Sequence record: MK250028.1
DNA length: 64,000 nt
Direction: 5' to 3' (one strand)
The position numbers were made by a program, and so were the translations under genes. Under the pieces are notes generated by a model, which did no database searches, had not been told where the DNA came from, and saw only the letters and a list, made by a program, of their open reading frames with translations. Within the stretch, counting starts at the first letter, position 1. The number at the start of each line of letters is the position of its first letter. Positions 32,532-42,264 of this stretch are shown here, piece after piece.

Positions 32532-33204
32532 TATTAAATCATTGTTTGTTGTAGAAGAAGATACTGCAAATAAAGATAAAGTTGAAATTAAGCAGGATAA
32601 AGTAGAACCTGCTGTAAAAAAGCAAGAAGTAAACGTAGAACAACCAGTAAAAACTGAAGATACTAATACAAATGATGAATCAAAATCTCCTACTGATGAA
32701 GTGAACCATGAATTCCTTGATAAACTTTGCAATTATTTGGAAACATGTAAAATTGAAGGTGGCGATTATATGCAATTGAAGAAAGCAGCAAATAGTGAGG
32801 GTATGCAATGTATTCCCGATGAATCGGTTAGGTTCCAAGCTGCATTTGCAACACTTAAGAGTGTAAATCCTAACCTTACAAAGGATATTATTCTTTCTTC
32901 TATTGATACTTATATTAATGAGATGAATAAGCAACGAGATATTGCTATTGATCAAGTTGAAAAGAAACGTAAGATTAATGTAGGAGACAAGTCTAAAGCT
33001 ATTGCAGATAAACAAAAACAAATTGCAGATCTTCAAAATGAAATTGTTAAGTTATCTACCGAGGTATCAACAATGAAAGAAGAAGTTGATAAAGCAGATG
33101 AAGAATGTAATAGAAATGCACGAGAATTTACGAATGCTGTTAATATTATTGTTAACGCATTGGAATCAGATAAGAAAAAGATTTCAGAAAAATTAGTAGG
33201 TTAA
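32515..33204 (+). CDS. coiled-coil protein of the PspA-like/OmpA-ABC module
   Basis: low-complexity N-terminus, GGDYMQL motif, long C-terminal coiled coil. Confidence 0.75.
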   Translation: MIMGFNIKSLFVVEEDTANKDKVEIKQDKVEPAVKKQEVNVEQPVKTEDTNTNDESKSPTDEVNHEFLDKLCNYLETCKIEGGDYMQLKKAANSEGMQCIPDESVRFQAAFATLKSVNPNLTKDIILSSIDTYINEMNKQRDIAIDQVEKKRKINVGDKSKAIADKQKQIADLQNEIVKLSTEVSTMKEEVDKADEECNRNAREFTNAVNIIVNALESDKKKISEKLVG

Positions 33205-33212
33205 ATTAATAT

Positions 33213-33395
33213 ATGAAAGTAATAATTAAGAATTATGATTCTACAAAAGCAAATGATATTGTAATTCCTGTTGAAAATAATATGGATAAACATGTAGACT
33301 TTTCTAGCGGTTATGTAGTATTATCAGATGGAAATAATGTTAAGAAAGTTTATATTGATTTTAACAAATATCCTGAAGTAGAATTAGATTTATAA
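33213..33395 (+). CDS. small hypothetical protein
   Basis: 60-aa ORF between module genes. Confidence 0.5.
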   Translation: MKVIIKNYDSTKANDIVIPVENNMDKHVDFSSGYVVLSDGNNVKKVYIDFNKYPEVELDL

Positions 33396-33416
33396 TATAT
33401 AAAAATATTTTAAAGT

Positions 33417-34484
33417 ATGTCAGATTATAGTACAACAGATGTTATTAATGTTGCGAAGAATAAAGTATCACGATGGGAGAAACCTGGTGGTACAACGGGT
33501 ATGATTGTATTGGGTGTTGCCGTTGGTGCTATTGCAATTAATATTACACCTATTATGAATTTTATTGCGGCTGCTTGTGCAAGTACACTTAGTGCAATTG
33601 GAATGGCTGCTGCTCTTTTCCTTGTATTATATTGTTTGTTTGACCCACGTATTCGTAATATAGGTTCAACTATCTATTTTATGATTATGAGAAAGGTTGA
33701 AGGACTTCTCGTAGATTATGATCCTATTTCTATTGTGAAAAGAAAGATTGCAGAGATGAATAAGAAAATTCAGGAGATTACTGATAATATGGGTAAACTT
33801 CGTGGATTGATTGATAAATCAGAGAAACGTATTCAGGAAAAGAGAAAACAATGTGATCATGATTTTCAAATGCTTAATAAGTATAAGCAAACAGGAAAGA
33901 TGCAAGATGCTGCTGTTTATGAAAGACAAGTAGCAAGACTTACAGAAGTAATTAAGAATTCTGAAGCGAGACTTACTCAATCAAAGCAGTGGTATGAGAT
34001 TATGGGCAAACTTAAACATCAGGCAGACCTTACAGTTCTTGATGCAACAAATGAGATTAATGAACGCGTAGAAGAATGGGAAATGATTAAGGCACAACAC
34101 AAGGCATTCACTTCTATTGTAGGTATTATCAACGGTAAGGATGATCAGTTCAGTTTGTTTACTCGTGCAATGGATCATATGGCAGATGATATTTCTCAGA
34201 AGCTTGGTGAGATGTCATTTATTATTGAGGAAACCGGAGGTTTGATGTCAAAGATTGATATGGATAATCTTGTGATGTCTGATAAAGCAAATGCTCTTCT
34301 TGCTCAATATAATGCAGGTGGATTGGATGCGGTTCTCCTTGGTAGTTTTGCAAATCAACCAATTGAACATCAGCCAACAGAAACCGTAGAATTTAAGGAA
34401 GTAGAATACGCAAAACCTAATAGTAATGCAAGTTCTATTACAAATAATAAACAACAAACGCTTAGTCAACCTAATTGGTTCTAA
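33417..34484 (+). CDS. membrane-anchored PspA/IM30-like coiled-coil protein
   Basis: two N-terminal hydrophobic helices, then DPISIVKRKIAEM and a long helical hairpin. Confidence 0.6.
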   Translation: MSDYSTTDVINVAKNKVSRWEKPGGTTGMIVLGVAVGAIAINITPIMNFIAAACASTLSAIGMAAALFLVLYCLFDPRIRNIGSTIYFMIMRKVEGLLVDYDPISIVKRKIAEMNKKIQEITDNMGKLRGLIDKSEKRIQEKRKQCDHDFQMLNKYKQTGKMQDAAVYERQVARLTEVIKNSEARLTQSKQWYEIMGKLKHQADLTVLDATNEINERVEEWEMIKAQHKAFTSIVGIINGKDDQFSLFTRAMDHMADDISQKLGEMSFIIEETGGLMSKIDMDNLVMSDKANALLAQYNAGGLDAVLLGSFANQPIEHQPTETVEFKEVEYAKPNSNASSITNNKQQTLSQPNWF

Positions 34485-34588
34485 GAATTATTTTATCATT
34501 CATTTCATTAATTATATTTTTTATTTAATCTTAGTGAACTATATGGATTTATTTCTATAGTTCACTTTTTTATTTAATATTTTATGTG

Positions 34589-34596
34589 TATCTTTG
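34589..34596 (+). promoter_or_regulatory. Bacteroidetes -7 box TATCTTTG
   Basis: ATGTGTATCTTTGTATTGT upstream of 34634. Confidence 0.72.
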
Positions 34597-34633
34597 TATT
34601 GTAAATTATTTAACTAATTAAAATATAGAAATT

Positions 34634-34975
34634 ATGTTAAAGGTCGTAGATACATCATATTATATAATTAATAATAAAGAAAAAAAAGAATTCTTTATAT
34701 ATTATGATATAAACCATAAGATTGATTGTAATATGTCTTTATGGGATATTATGTTTGATTTACAGATTGAAGATGTAAATGAAGATAATAAAGATTTTCT
34801 TTTACAAGAATTCTTTAAAAAGAATTGGACACGATTCTTTATGATTAAATCTATTCCTTATGATACTATGGTAAATGTATTACCATGGGATAGTATTTTA
34901 AATATGGTAAATCAAATTGTGCAAACAATAGTTAAATATGAAGATTTAAAAGCTATTCCATCAAACAATAAGTAA
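34634..34975 (+). CDS. hypothetical protein
   Basis: 113-aa ORF with its own promoter. Confidence 0.7.
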   Translation: MLKVVDTSYYIINNKEKKEFFIYYDINHKIDCNMSLWDIMFDLQIEDVNEDNKDFLLQEFFKKNWTRFFMIKSIPYDTMVNVLPWDSILNMVNQIVQTIVKYEDLKAIPSNNK

Positions 34976-35045
34976 TTTTTAAAATAAAAGAATAATAGAA
35001 ATAAACAAATTAATTTAGTAACTTTAATAAAAGATTTTTAAAATT

Positions 35046-36629
35046 ATGGCAAATGTAGTTTTGCGACCTTGGGTAAAGGTTGTAGGAGTTATTGCGGTAG
35101 TTGCCGCTATTATGTTTGGTGCATCGAAGTTTTTCGGTGGTAATAGTGATGATAAGTCATCTTCTAATAGTGGAGGATTGTTTAGTAACATTTTCTCTGG
35201 TAGTGATGATAACGTTATTACTATTGGTACAAATACATATGCAGGATTCCTTCCATTTATGTATTTGAATAATGGCCTTAATCCTAATGAGGATTGCCCC
35301 ATTTACAAGGAATATGGTATTAAGTTGAAGATTGTCGTACAAGATGATTTTGCTGCTGGTCGAGCGGCATTTAAGAACGGCGATATTGATATTATCTATT
35401 GTACTGCAGATGCTCTTCCTGTTGAAATGAGTGAAGGATCTGATATGAATGATGCGAAATTCTTTAATATTTCTAACTGGTCACGTGGTGCTGATGCCAT
35501 TGTAGTTAATAAAGGAATTCAGAATGTAAGCGGACTTATTGGTAAGGTTGTTTGTTGTTCACAGGGTACAGCATCTCATACACTTTTGTTGAATACACTT
35601 GAGACAAATGGTATTGGAACAGATAAAGTAAACATGAGTAATTCTGTTGATCCAAATAAGGTTAATGTGAAGGTTGTAGATAGTGGCTTGGATGCAGCAA
35701 GTGCATTCCGTGCAGGTTCATGTGATGCAGCAGTTGTATTCTCTCCAGATGATCAGGATTTGGTTGCAACTGTTAAGGGAGCGCATGTATTGATTTCTAC
35801 AAAACAAGCATCAAATATTATTTGTGATGGTTTGATTGCAAAGCAGAGTTATCTTGATTCTAATAAGGAAAATGTAAAGAAACTTATTTCTGCATTGTTG
35901 TGGGCAAATAACCTTATGAATACTGATAGTAAAGCTGTAGCAACAGCAGCAAAGGCATTTGCAACTGCATATAATACAGATGAGAATTTCGCTATTAATG
36001 GTTCAAAGAATATTCATTATGTCACATTGGGTGATGCTCAGAATTTCTTTGGGTTGAATAGCTCATATACAGGTGTAAAGGGAGATGAATTGTATTCAAA
36101 GATGGCTCGTACATATGAGTCTCTTGGACTTTGTAAGCATCCACTTGCATGGAGGAAAGTATCTTATTCTGATATTATTGAGAGTATTGCATCTGAGCCT
36201 GATAAGGTAAAGGGCGATCAGTCTGCAGAAGCAGGTCCAAAGTTTAATGAAACATCTATATCAGATGCAGAAACGAAGACAGCAATTTCAGACAAGAAGG
36301 TAACTATTGAATATGGTGTAAATAGTGATATTCTTGATAACGCAGCACAGAGTATTATTGATAAGGAATTTGCTGGTATTGCAAAACAGTTTGCAGGTTC
36401 AAAGATTCGAATTATTGGTAATACAGATAATACAGGTAATTATGCATATAATGTAGATTTGTCTCGTAGACGTGCACAGTCTGTTGCTAATTATCTTGTA
36501 AAAGAATATGGATTTGATAAGAACCGTTTCATTATTATTGGTAATGGTCCAAAGCGTGCCGTTGCAGATGGTGTAGTAGGAGATAATAAGTCATATCGTT
36601 CTACTGATTTTCAGTTGATTTCAGAGTAA
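35046..36629 (+). CDS. ABC substrate-binding protein (NMT1/SsuA-like) fused to an OmpA-like peptidoglycan-binding domain
   Basis: N-terminal TM anchor, NWSRGADAIVV and GTASHTLL SBP motifs, C-terminal IIGNTDNTG...NVDLSRRRAQSVANYL. Confidence 0.88.
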   Translation: MANVVLRPWVKVVGVIAVVAAIMFGASKFFGGNSDDKSSSNSGGLFSNIFSGSDDNVITIGTNTYAGFLPFMYLNNGLNPNEDCPIYKEYGIKLKIVVQDDFAAGRAAFKNGDIDIIYCTADALPVEMSEGSDMNDAKFFNISNWSRGADAIVVNKGIQNVSGLIGKVVCCSQGTASHTLLLNTLETNGIGTDKVNMSNSVDPNKVNVKVVDSGLDAASAFRAGSCDAAVVFSPDDQDLVATVKGAHVLISTKQASNIICDGLIAKQSYLDSNKENVKKLISALLWANNLMNTDSKAVATAAKAFATAYNTDENFAINGSKNIHYVTLGDAQNFFGLNSSYTGVKGDELYSKMARTYESLGLCKHPLAWRKVSYSDIIESIASEPDKVKGDQSAEAGPKFNETSISDAETKTAISDKKVTIEYGVNSDILDNAAQSIIDKEFAGIAKQFAGSKIRIIGNTDNTGNYAYNVDLSRRRAQSVANYLVKEYGFDKNRFIIIGNGPKRAVADGVVGDNKSYRSTDFQLISE

Positions 36630-36701
36630 TTAAAATAAATTATAAACATGCGGTTTATAGAAAATAATTTTTATTAAATTCTATAAACCGCATTTTTAAT
36701 T

Positions 36702-37199
36702 ATGAAATATAAGCATGAATTAATAGGTAATAAAGTATTAATTATATGTGATTGTGATGGTATAAGTATTCATCGAATATATTGTGCATATATATTGGGT
36801 GAAGTTATTGATTATAATCCTATTACAAATGAAATAAGTATTAGGATAATTAATAATGATATGAATTACTATAGAATGTACAAATTATTTTATAGTAAAT
36901 TAGGAACACGTACATATTTTGAATTTAAACTTAATACATATGATCCTTTTGATCATAAATACTGTTCAGATAATCGTTTAGGATATATAGATCCAAGGGA
37001 CTATAATGATTTATGGTGGTATGAAGCATATTCAGGTAATGAAGCAATATCATTATTAAAAAATAACCTATTAGAAACAAAAGATAAACCTGTATATAAT
37101 TATTGTTATCTATCTACTGATTGTTATGGTAGTTTTAAATCTAAAAAAGAATATTTAACATATCTTTTAAATGAATTAAGTAATGAAAATACAGAATGA
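36702..37199 (+). CDS. paralog family member 1 (KVLII..YC family)
   Basis: MKYKHELIGNKVLIIC...RIYCAYILG. Confidence 0.7.
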   Translation: MKYKHELIGNKVLIICDCDGISIHRIYCAYILGEVIDYNPITNEISIRIINNDMNYYRMYKLFYSKLGTRTYFEFKLNTYDPFDHKYCSDNRLGYIDPRDYNDLWWYEAYSGNEAISLLKNNLLETKDKPVYNYCYLSTDCYGSFKSKKEYLTYLLNELSNENTE

Positions 37200-37623
37200 T
37201 TTAATAGGTAAAAAAGTACTAATTATTCATACATATGTTAGTAAATTCTTTAGGAGTTATTGTACATACCATATAGCAACAATTAAATATTATTATCCAT
37301 CAGGTAATTTTATTATTGTAGAATGTCCGAATATTAATCGCACAAGATTTACATTAATAGATCATGATGATCCATTTATAAATAAAGATTATTCAGATAA
37401 AAAATTGGCAATGAATTTTTCAACTAATGATGGATGGTATTATGTATTTACAAATAAATCTTCAATCAGACAATTAGAATATAATTTAATACATTATAAA
37501 AATAAACGTTCATTCAATAGCTGTAGAATGATAGTTTCTACGGGACGTTTAATGACAACAAAAGAACGGAAAAACTGTTTTGAAACATTATTAAGTAAAA
37601 TACAAGATGAAATATCGAAATGA
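37183..37623 (+). CDS. paralog family member 2
   Basis: MKIQNDLIGKKVLII...RSYCTY. Confidence 0.7.
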   Translation: MKIQNDLIGKKVLIIHTYVSKFFRSYCTYHIATIKYYYPSGNFIIVECPNINRTRFTLIDHDDPFINKDYSDKKLAMNFSTNDGWYYVFTNKSSIRQLEYNLIHYKNKRSFNSCRMIVSTGRLMTTKERKNCFETLLSKIQDEISK

Positions 37624-38065
37624 CTTAATAGATAAGAAAGTATTAATTATATGTAATAGTTCTGGTCCTAACAACTGGAATCATTATTGTAGTTATGTTG
37701 TTGGGAAAGTAATAAGTTATAATCCATCTATTAATTCTATAATGATTGAATATGGTGATAAAACACGAAACTATTTTTCTTTAATTGATTATAATGATCC
37801 ATTTAAGAAACATAATGATAGTTATAATAGAGGACTATATAAACGATTAGCATATAAAATACCATTGAATAGATATTCAGAAAGTTGGTGGTATGATGTC
37901 TTTTCATTACAATCTGCAGAAAAATTATTAAATCATAATATTAAACATTCACGAGAAAAATATGTATATGGTGAATGTATATTATCAAAAGTATGTTATA
38001 ATCATATAAGTAAAAAGAATTTTTTTGAATTATTATTAAAAGAATTAAAAGATGAATCTAATTAA
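37607..38065 (+). CDS. paralog family member 3
   Basis: MKYRNDLIDKKVLIIC...HYCSYVVG. Confidence 0.7.
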   Translation: MKYRNDLIDKKVLIICNSSGPNNWNHYCSYVVGKVISYNPSINSIMIEYGDKTRNYFSLIDYNDPFKKHNDSYNRGLYKRLAYKIPLNRYSESWWYDVFSLQSAEKLLNHNIKHSREKYVYGECILSKVCYNHISKKNFFELLLKELKDESN

Positions 38066-38885
38066 ACGTTTATTTAAATTTGGAGGAACTTCTGATTTTG
38101 GTACGTTAACAAATGTAATTATTAGTATCATAGGTGCTGTTATTATCATTATGGGATGGCATTTCATTTCTGCATATGATATTGTATCTAGTAATATTCT
38201 TCCAGATCCATTTAAGGTAATTGGTAGTATTCCTACACTTATTACTGAAAATCATTTGTTTGCAAATATTTGGTATACAGTTAAACTAAATCTTTCATGT
38301 TATGTATATGCAATTTTACTATCATTTCCAATAGGATTTTTTATAGCATTATATCCTATTAATAATATACTATTTGGAAAATATATTAATTCTGTAAGAT
38401 TTATTCCATTGCCTTCTATTACAGGAATTTTCTTAGCAATATTTGGACTTACATTTGGAATGAAAGTATGGTTTCTTACTGTTGCAATTATGATTTACAT
38501 TATTCCTTCTGTTGTTAATAAGGTAAATGATTTACAAAATCCTGCTAATGAAAAAGATAATGTATATCTTCAGACCGCACAAACAATGGGTATGTCTGCA
38601 TGGCAGAAGTTCAGATATGTATATTTCCCTTATGTAACAGGTGGTGTAGTTGATTCTTGTATTGATTTGCTTGCAATTAGTTATAGTTATGTAGTTATTG
38701 CAGAAATGATTTATAAGGATGGAACTATAAGTGGTATGGGTGCATTGATTAATACGATGGTAAGACAATCACAAATGTCTTCCGCATATGCATTGTTATT
38801 CTTAATTATTATTATTGGTTGCGTACAGGATTTCTTGTTTAAGAAAGGTGCAAGACTATTATTTCCTTACAAATATAAAAATTAA
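38052..38885 (+). CDS. ABC transporter permease (NitT/TauT/SsuC-like)
   Basis: six TM segments, LPDPFKV, EAA-loop equivalent YLQTAQTMGMSAWQKFRYVYFP. Confidence 0.9.
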   Translation: MNLIKRLFKFGGTSDFGTLTNVIISIIGAVIIIMGWHFISAYDIVSSNILPDPFKVIGSIPTLITENHLFANIWYTVKLNLSCYVYAILLSFPIGFFIALYPINNILFGKYINSVRFIPLPSITGIFLAIFGLTFGMKVWFLTVAIMIYIIPSVVNKVNDLQNPANEKDNVYLQTAQTMGMSAWQKFRYVYFPYVTGGVVDSCIDLLAISYSYVVIAEMIYKDGTISGMGALINTMVRQSQMSSAYALLFLIIIIGCVQDFLFKKGARLLFPYKYKN

Positions 38886-38893
38886 TAAAGATT

Positions 38894-39883
38894 ATGAGTG
38901 ATTTTAAAACATTATTTGGACAAAATAATCAAGAGGATAAGAAAACACCTATCCTGTTAGAACAAGAAAAAAATATTAATTCATCTACAAATGATTCCAG
39001 TATTCCTGATGTAAGTAATAATGTAGATAAGCCAAATACACCAGATGTAAGTTTACCTAATAATCAGAAAAAAGATCGGGGTGATGGTAAAATAGATGTT
39101 GTTAATTTTAAAAATTTAACACAAATATTTAATAAAGGTAAGAAAAATGAATATAAATTATTTGAAAATTTCTCTTTGAATATAAATGATATTCCGAATG
39201 ATTTTCAATCCGTGAGTATTATGGGCACATCTGGCTGTGGAAAAAGCAGATTAGTACGTCTTTTATGTGGATTGGATGACGTTCAATCTGGAAGTGTTTC
39301 TGTATATGGTAAATCATTATCAGAATTTGGTAATATTCCTATGGTATTTCAAAATCATAGTAATAGTAATTATCCTTGGATGAAAATTATAGATAATGTA
39401 ATGTTACCAATGATTATTAGAGGATTTTCTAAAAAAGATGCGTATGAGAAAGCATTACAATTGATTAAGTTAGTTGGACTTGAAGGAAAAGAAAACGATT
39501 ATCCAAATATGCTAAGTGGCGGACAAAATCAACGTATAGCAATTAGTAAATGTCTTGCTTCGAATTCTCAAATTATTGTATTAGATGAAGCAACTGGCGC
39601 ATTAGATATAAAAATGAAAAAAGAGATTCAAAATATTATTTTAAAAATATTATATGATTCAAACGTAGATCCTACTATTATTAATATTACTCATAGTATT
39701 GAAGAGGCTCTATATATAAGTAATAAAATTTTTATATTAAAAGCTAACCCTTGCGGTATTGTTAAAGTTATGAATATTCATTATCCAAATGAAGAAAATA
39801 TGCACCGAGATGAATGGATTTTTCAAACAGAAGAGTATAAAAAATATTATTTAGAATTATCAAAAACATTATCTAATATTTAA
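38894..39883 (+). CDS. ABC transporter ATP-binding protein (NitT/TauT-like)
   Basis: Walker A GTSGCGKS, signature LSGGQNQR, Walker B VLDE, H-loop ITHSIEEA. Confidence 0.93.
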   Translation: MSDFKTLFGQNNQEDKKTPILLEQEKNINSSTNDSSIPDVSNNVDKPNTPDVSLPNNQKKDRGDGKIDVVNFKNLTQIFNKGKKNEYKLFENFSLNINDIPNDFQSVSIMGTSGCGKSRLVRLLCGLDDVQSGSVSVYGKSLSEFGNIPMVFQNHSNSNYPWMKIIDNVMLPMIIRGFSKKDAYEKALQLIKLVGLEGKENDYPNMLSGGQNQRIAISKCLASNSQIIVLDEATGALDIKMKKEIQNIILKILYDSNVDPTIINITHSIEEALYISNKIFILKANPCGIVKVMNIHYPNEENMHRDEWIFQTEEYKKYYLELSKTLSNI

Positions 39884-39937
39884 ATAGATAAATATAATGG
39901 ATTCATAATTATTTATGAATTTATATTTTGCAAAGTT

Positions 39938-39967
39938 GAGCATATTACTAAATTTAGTAATATGCTC
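39938..39967 (+). terminator. intrinsic terminator-like hairpin
   Basis: GAGCATATTACTAA/TTAGTAATATGCTC followed by a T tract. Confidence 0.7.
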
Positions 39968-40013
39968 TTTTATTTTATAGATAAATATAATGCAAAATAT
40001 AAATTAAATAATT

Positions 40014-40979
40014 ATGAGAAATATTACACATGATGAATTTATCACATGTGCTAGATCTATACACGGTGATAAATATGATTATTCATAGTCAAAGTTTATT
40101 AATAAATCTACGTTAATTAAAGTATCTGATAATATACATGGTATTTTTGAAATTCTTCCATTTAAACATTTATTATACGATGGATATAATAAAAATTATT
40201 TAAATAGTTATGCGAATGAATACAAAAAACATTTTATAGAAGTATGTAAATTAGTTCATAATAATAAATATGATTATTCAAAAACAGTATATATACATTC
40301 ATAAACAAAAATGTTAATAACATGTCCTATACATGGTGATTTTTATCAATTACCAATGTCACATATACATGGTAAAGGTTGTAGTAAATGTGGTGATTTA
40401 TCTACAGCTTATAAACAAGCATATACAACTGAAGAATTTATTAATAAATCAAAATAGATACATGGTAATAAATATGATTATTCTAATGTACATTATATAA
40501 GTAACAAATATAAGGTTATTATAGGATGTCCTATACATGGTAATTTTTTATAGTCTCCTGATAAACATTTAAATGGTCATGGTTGTCCAAAATGTGTTTT
40601 ATATAAATTAGAAAATACAATATCATTATTACTTGATAACAATAATATTAAATATAATAAAAATTATAAAGAATTTAAATGGTTAATAAATGATATTAAT
40701 CATTCATTAGAATTAGATTTCTATATACCTGAATATAATATTGCTATAGAATGTTAGGGTAAATAGCATTTTGAACCAGTTGAAAAATTTGGAGGAAATG
40801 AAGCATATTAAATATAGGTTAAAAATGATTAGATAAAATAGACATTATGTAAATAGCATAATATAAAATTATGTTATTTTTGTGACAAATATAACTATAT
40901 AAATAATTATAAATTAGGATATTTAACATATAAAACAGAAAATTTATTAGAATATATACGATTTCATTTATTAGTTTAA
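40014..40979 (+). pseudogene. degenerate homing endonuclease (TAG=Gln; two premature TAA)
   Basis: three H(G/N)xKYDYS...(C)xIHG repeats, GCPKC, nuclease LDFYIPEYNIAIECQGKQH; in-frame TAA at 40302 and 40809. Confidence 0.8.
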
Positions 40980-40984
40980 TATAC

Positions 40985-41332
40985 ATTTCAATAGCCCGTT
41001 CACTTGCATGTGATTCAAAATTACTTATGTTAGATGAATATTCGTCAGGTCTTGATTATTTCACTAAATTTGAATTACAAGATCTTCTATTAAGTATTTT
41101 TAATAATAGAGATGTAGATAGAACATTCTTGATAGTTACTCATAATATTTCAGAGGCTGTATATCTTTCAAATCGTATTTATATATTGGAACCAAATCCA
41201 TGTAGAATCAAGGATGTAATTGATATTAAATTCAGTCAACCAAGAACACAAGCTATTCGTGAAACAGATGAATTTAAAAATTATCAAGCTAAAGTTCTTA
41301 AAGCATTAAATGAAACAATTAATAATAAGTAA
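40985..41332 (+). pseudogene. orphan 3' half of an ABC ATPase gene
   Basis: ISIARSLACDSKLLMLDEYSSGLD...IVTHNISEAVYLSNRI begins right after the position of the signature motif; no Walker A. Confidence 0.85.
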
Positions 41333-41343
41333 TTTTAAAAATT

Positions 41344-41679
41344 ATGACAAAACATATTATAACATTTGGTGATCTTAATTCTGGAGATCATATTTTTAGA
41401 TATAGAATTGTTAAAGACAAAGCTAAATTAGAAACATTAGTAGTACAAGATATTAAAATTACAAATGATAAAGCTATAATAATTATAAAAGATTCATCCA
41501 TAATTTATACTTTTGATAAAGAACGAACATATATTATGGGCGGTAATAATGATGATTGGAGTAGTTCTGTTATTGTCTCTGATTATGAATTAGTGGAATT
41601 CATTAAAACTGTTATTAATATAACAAAACAACCACTTATAAGACAACATGTTAATTTAATAAATTTTATATCAGATTGA
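41344..41679 (+). CDS. hypothetical protein
   Basis: 111-aa ORF. Confidence 0.65.
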   Translation: MTKHIITFGDLNSGDHIFRYRIVKDKAKLETLVVQDIKITNDKAIIIIKDSSIIYTFDKERTYIMGGNNDDWSSSVIVSDYELVEFIKTVINITKQPLIRQHVNLINFISD

Positions 41680-41737
41680 AATATAAAAAGGTGAGATAAT
41701 ATACTAAACTATCTCACCTTTTTTCTTTATATATAAT

Positions 41738-42187
41738 ATGAAAATATTAAATGATATAGTTAATAAAAAAGTATTAATAATATATAAATGTAATGGTCCT
41801 GCTGGATGGCATAGAGATTATTGTGGTTATAAAATTGGGAAAATAGTAGAATATAATATTGAAAATAATACTGTTAATATTGAAGATAAAAAGAAAAATA
41901 TAAAAACATATAAAATTATAGATAAAAAAGATCCATTTAATTTAAATTTAATACAAAATAATGATAATAGATTCGCATATTATTATATTTCAAACTATAG
42001 GCAAATACGTGAATGGGAAAATGTTTTTATATATAATGATGCATTAACTATTTTAAAAAATAGTATTAAACAATCACATTCACAATATGTATATAAACTA
42101 TTTTGTTTATCTTCATTTTCATATGGTAAAAAAACAAAGAAAAGATTTTTAAGAGATCTATTAAAAGAATTAGAAGAAAATTATTAA
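41738..42187 (+). CDS. paralog family member 4
   Basis: MKILNDIVNKKVLIIYKCNGP...RDYCGYKIG. Confidence 0.7.
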   Translation: MKILNDIVNKKVLIIYKCNGPAGWHRDYCGYKIGKIVEYNIENNTVNIEDKKKNIKTYKIIDKKDPFNLNLIQNNDNRFAYYYISNYRQIREWENVFIYNDALTILKNSIKQSHSQYVYKLFCLSSFSYGKKTKKRFLRDLLKELEENY

Positions 42188-42215
42188 TAATATTTTTTGT
42201 TTAAAATAAAATGTG

Positions 42216-42223
42216 TATCTTTG
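42216..42223 (+). promoter_or_regulatory. Bacteroidetes -7 box TATCTTTG
   Basis: ATGTGTATCTTTGTATTGT upstream of 42265. Confidence 0.72.
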
Positions 42224-42264
42224 TATTGTTAATAAAATAATGAACAATTAAAAATATAAACAAT

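Noticed and set aside
40302-40811. TAA read-through as a second recoding event
   Set aside because: Seen only in this mobile endonuclease; TAA ends genes everywhere else, so inactivation is simpler
39536-40984. Group I intron in the ATPase gene
   Set aside because: The insert ends in C rather than G, no P7 GACUA/UAGUC core was found, and it contains a terminator hairpin
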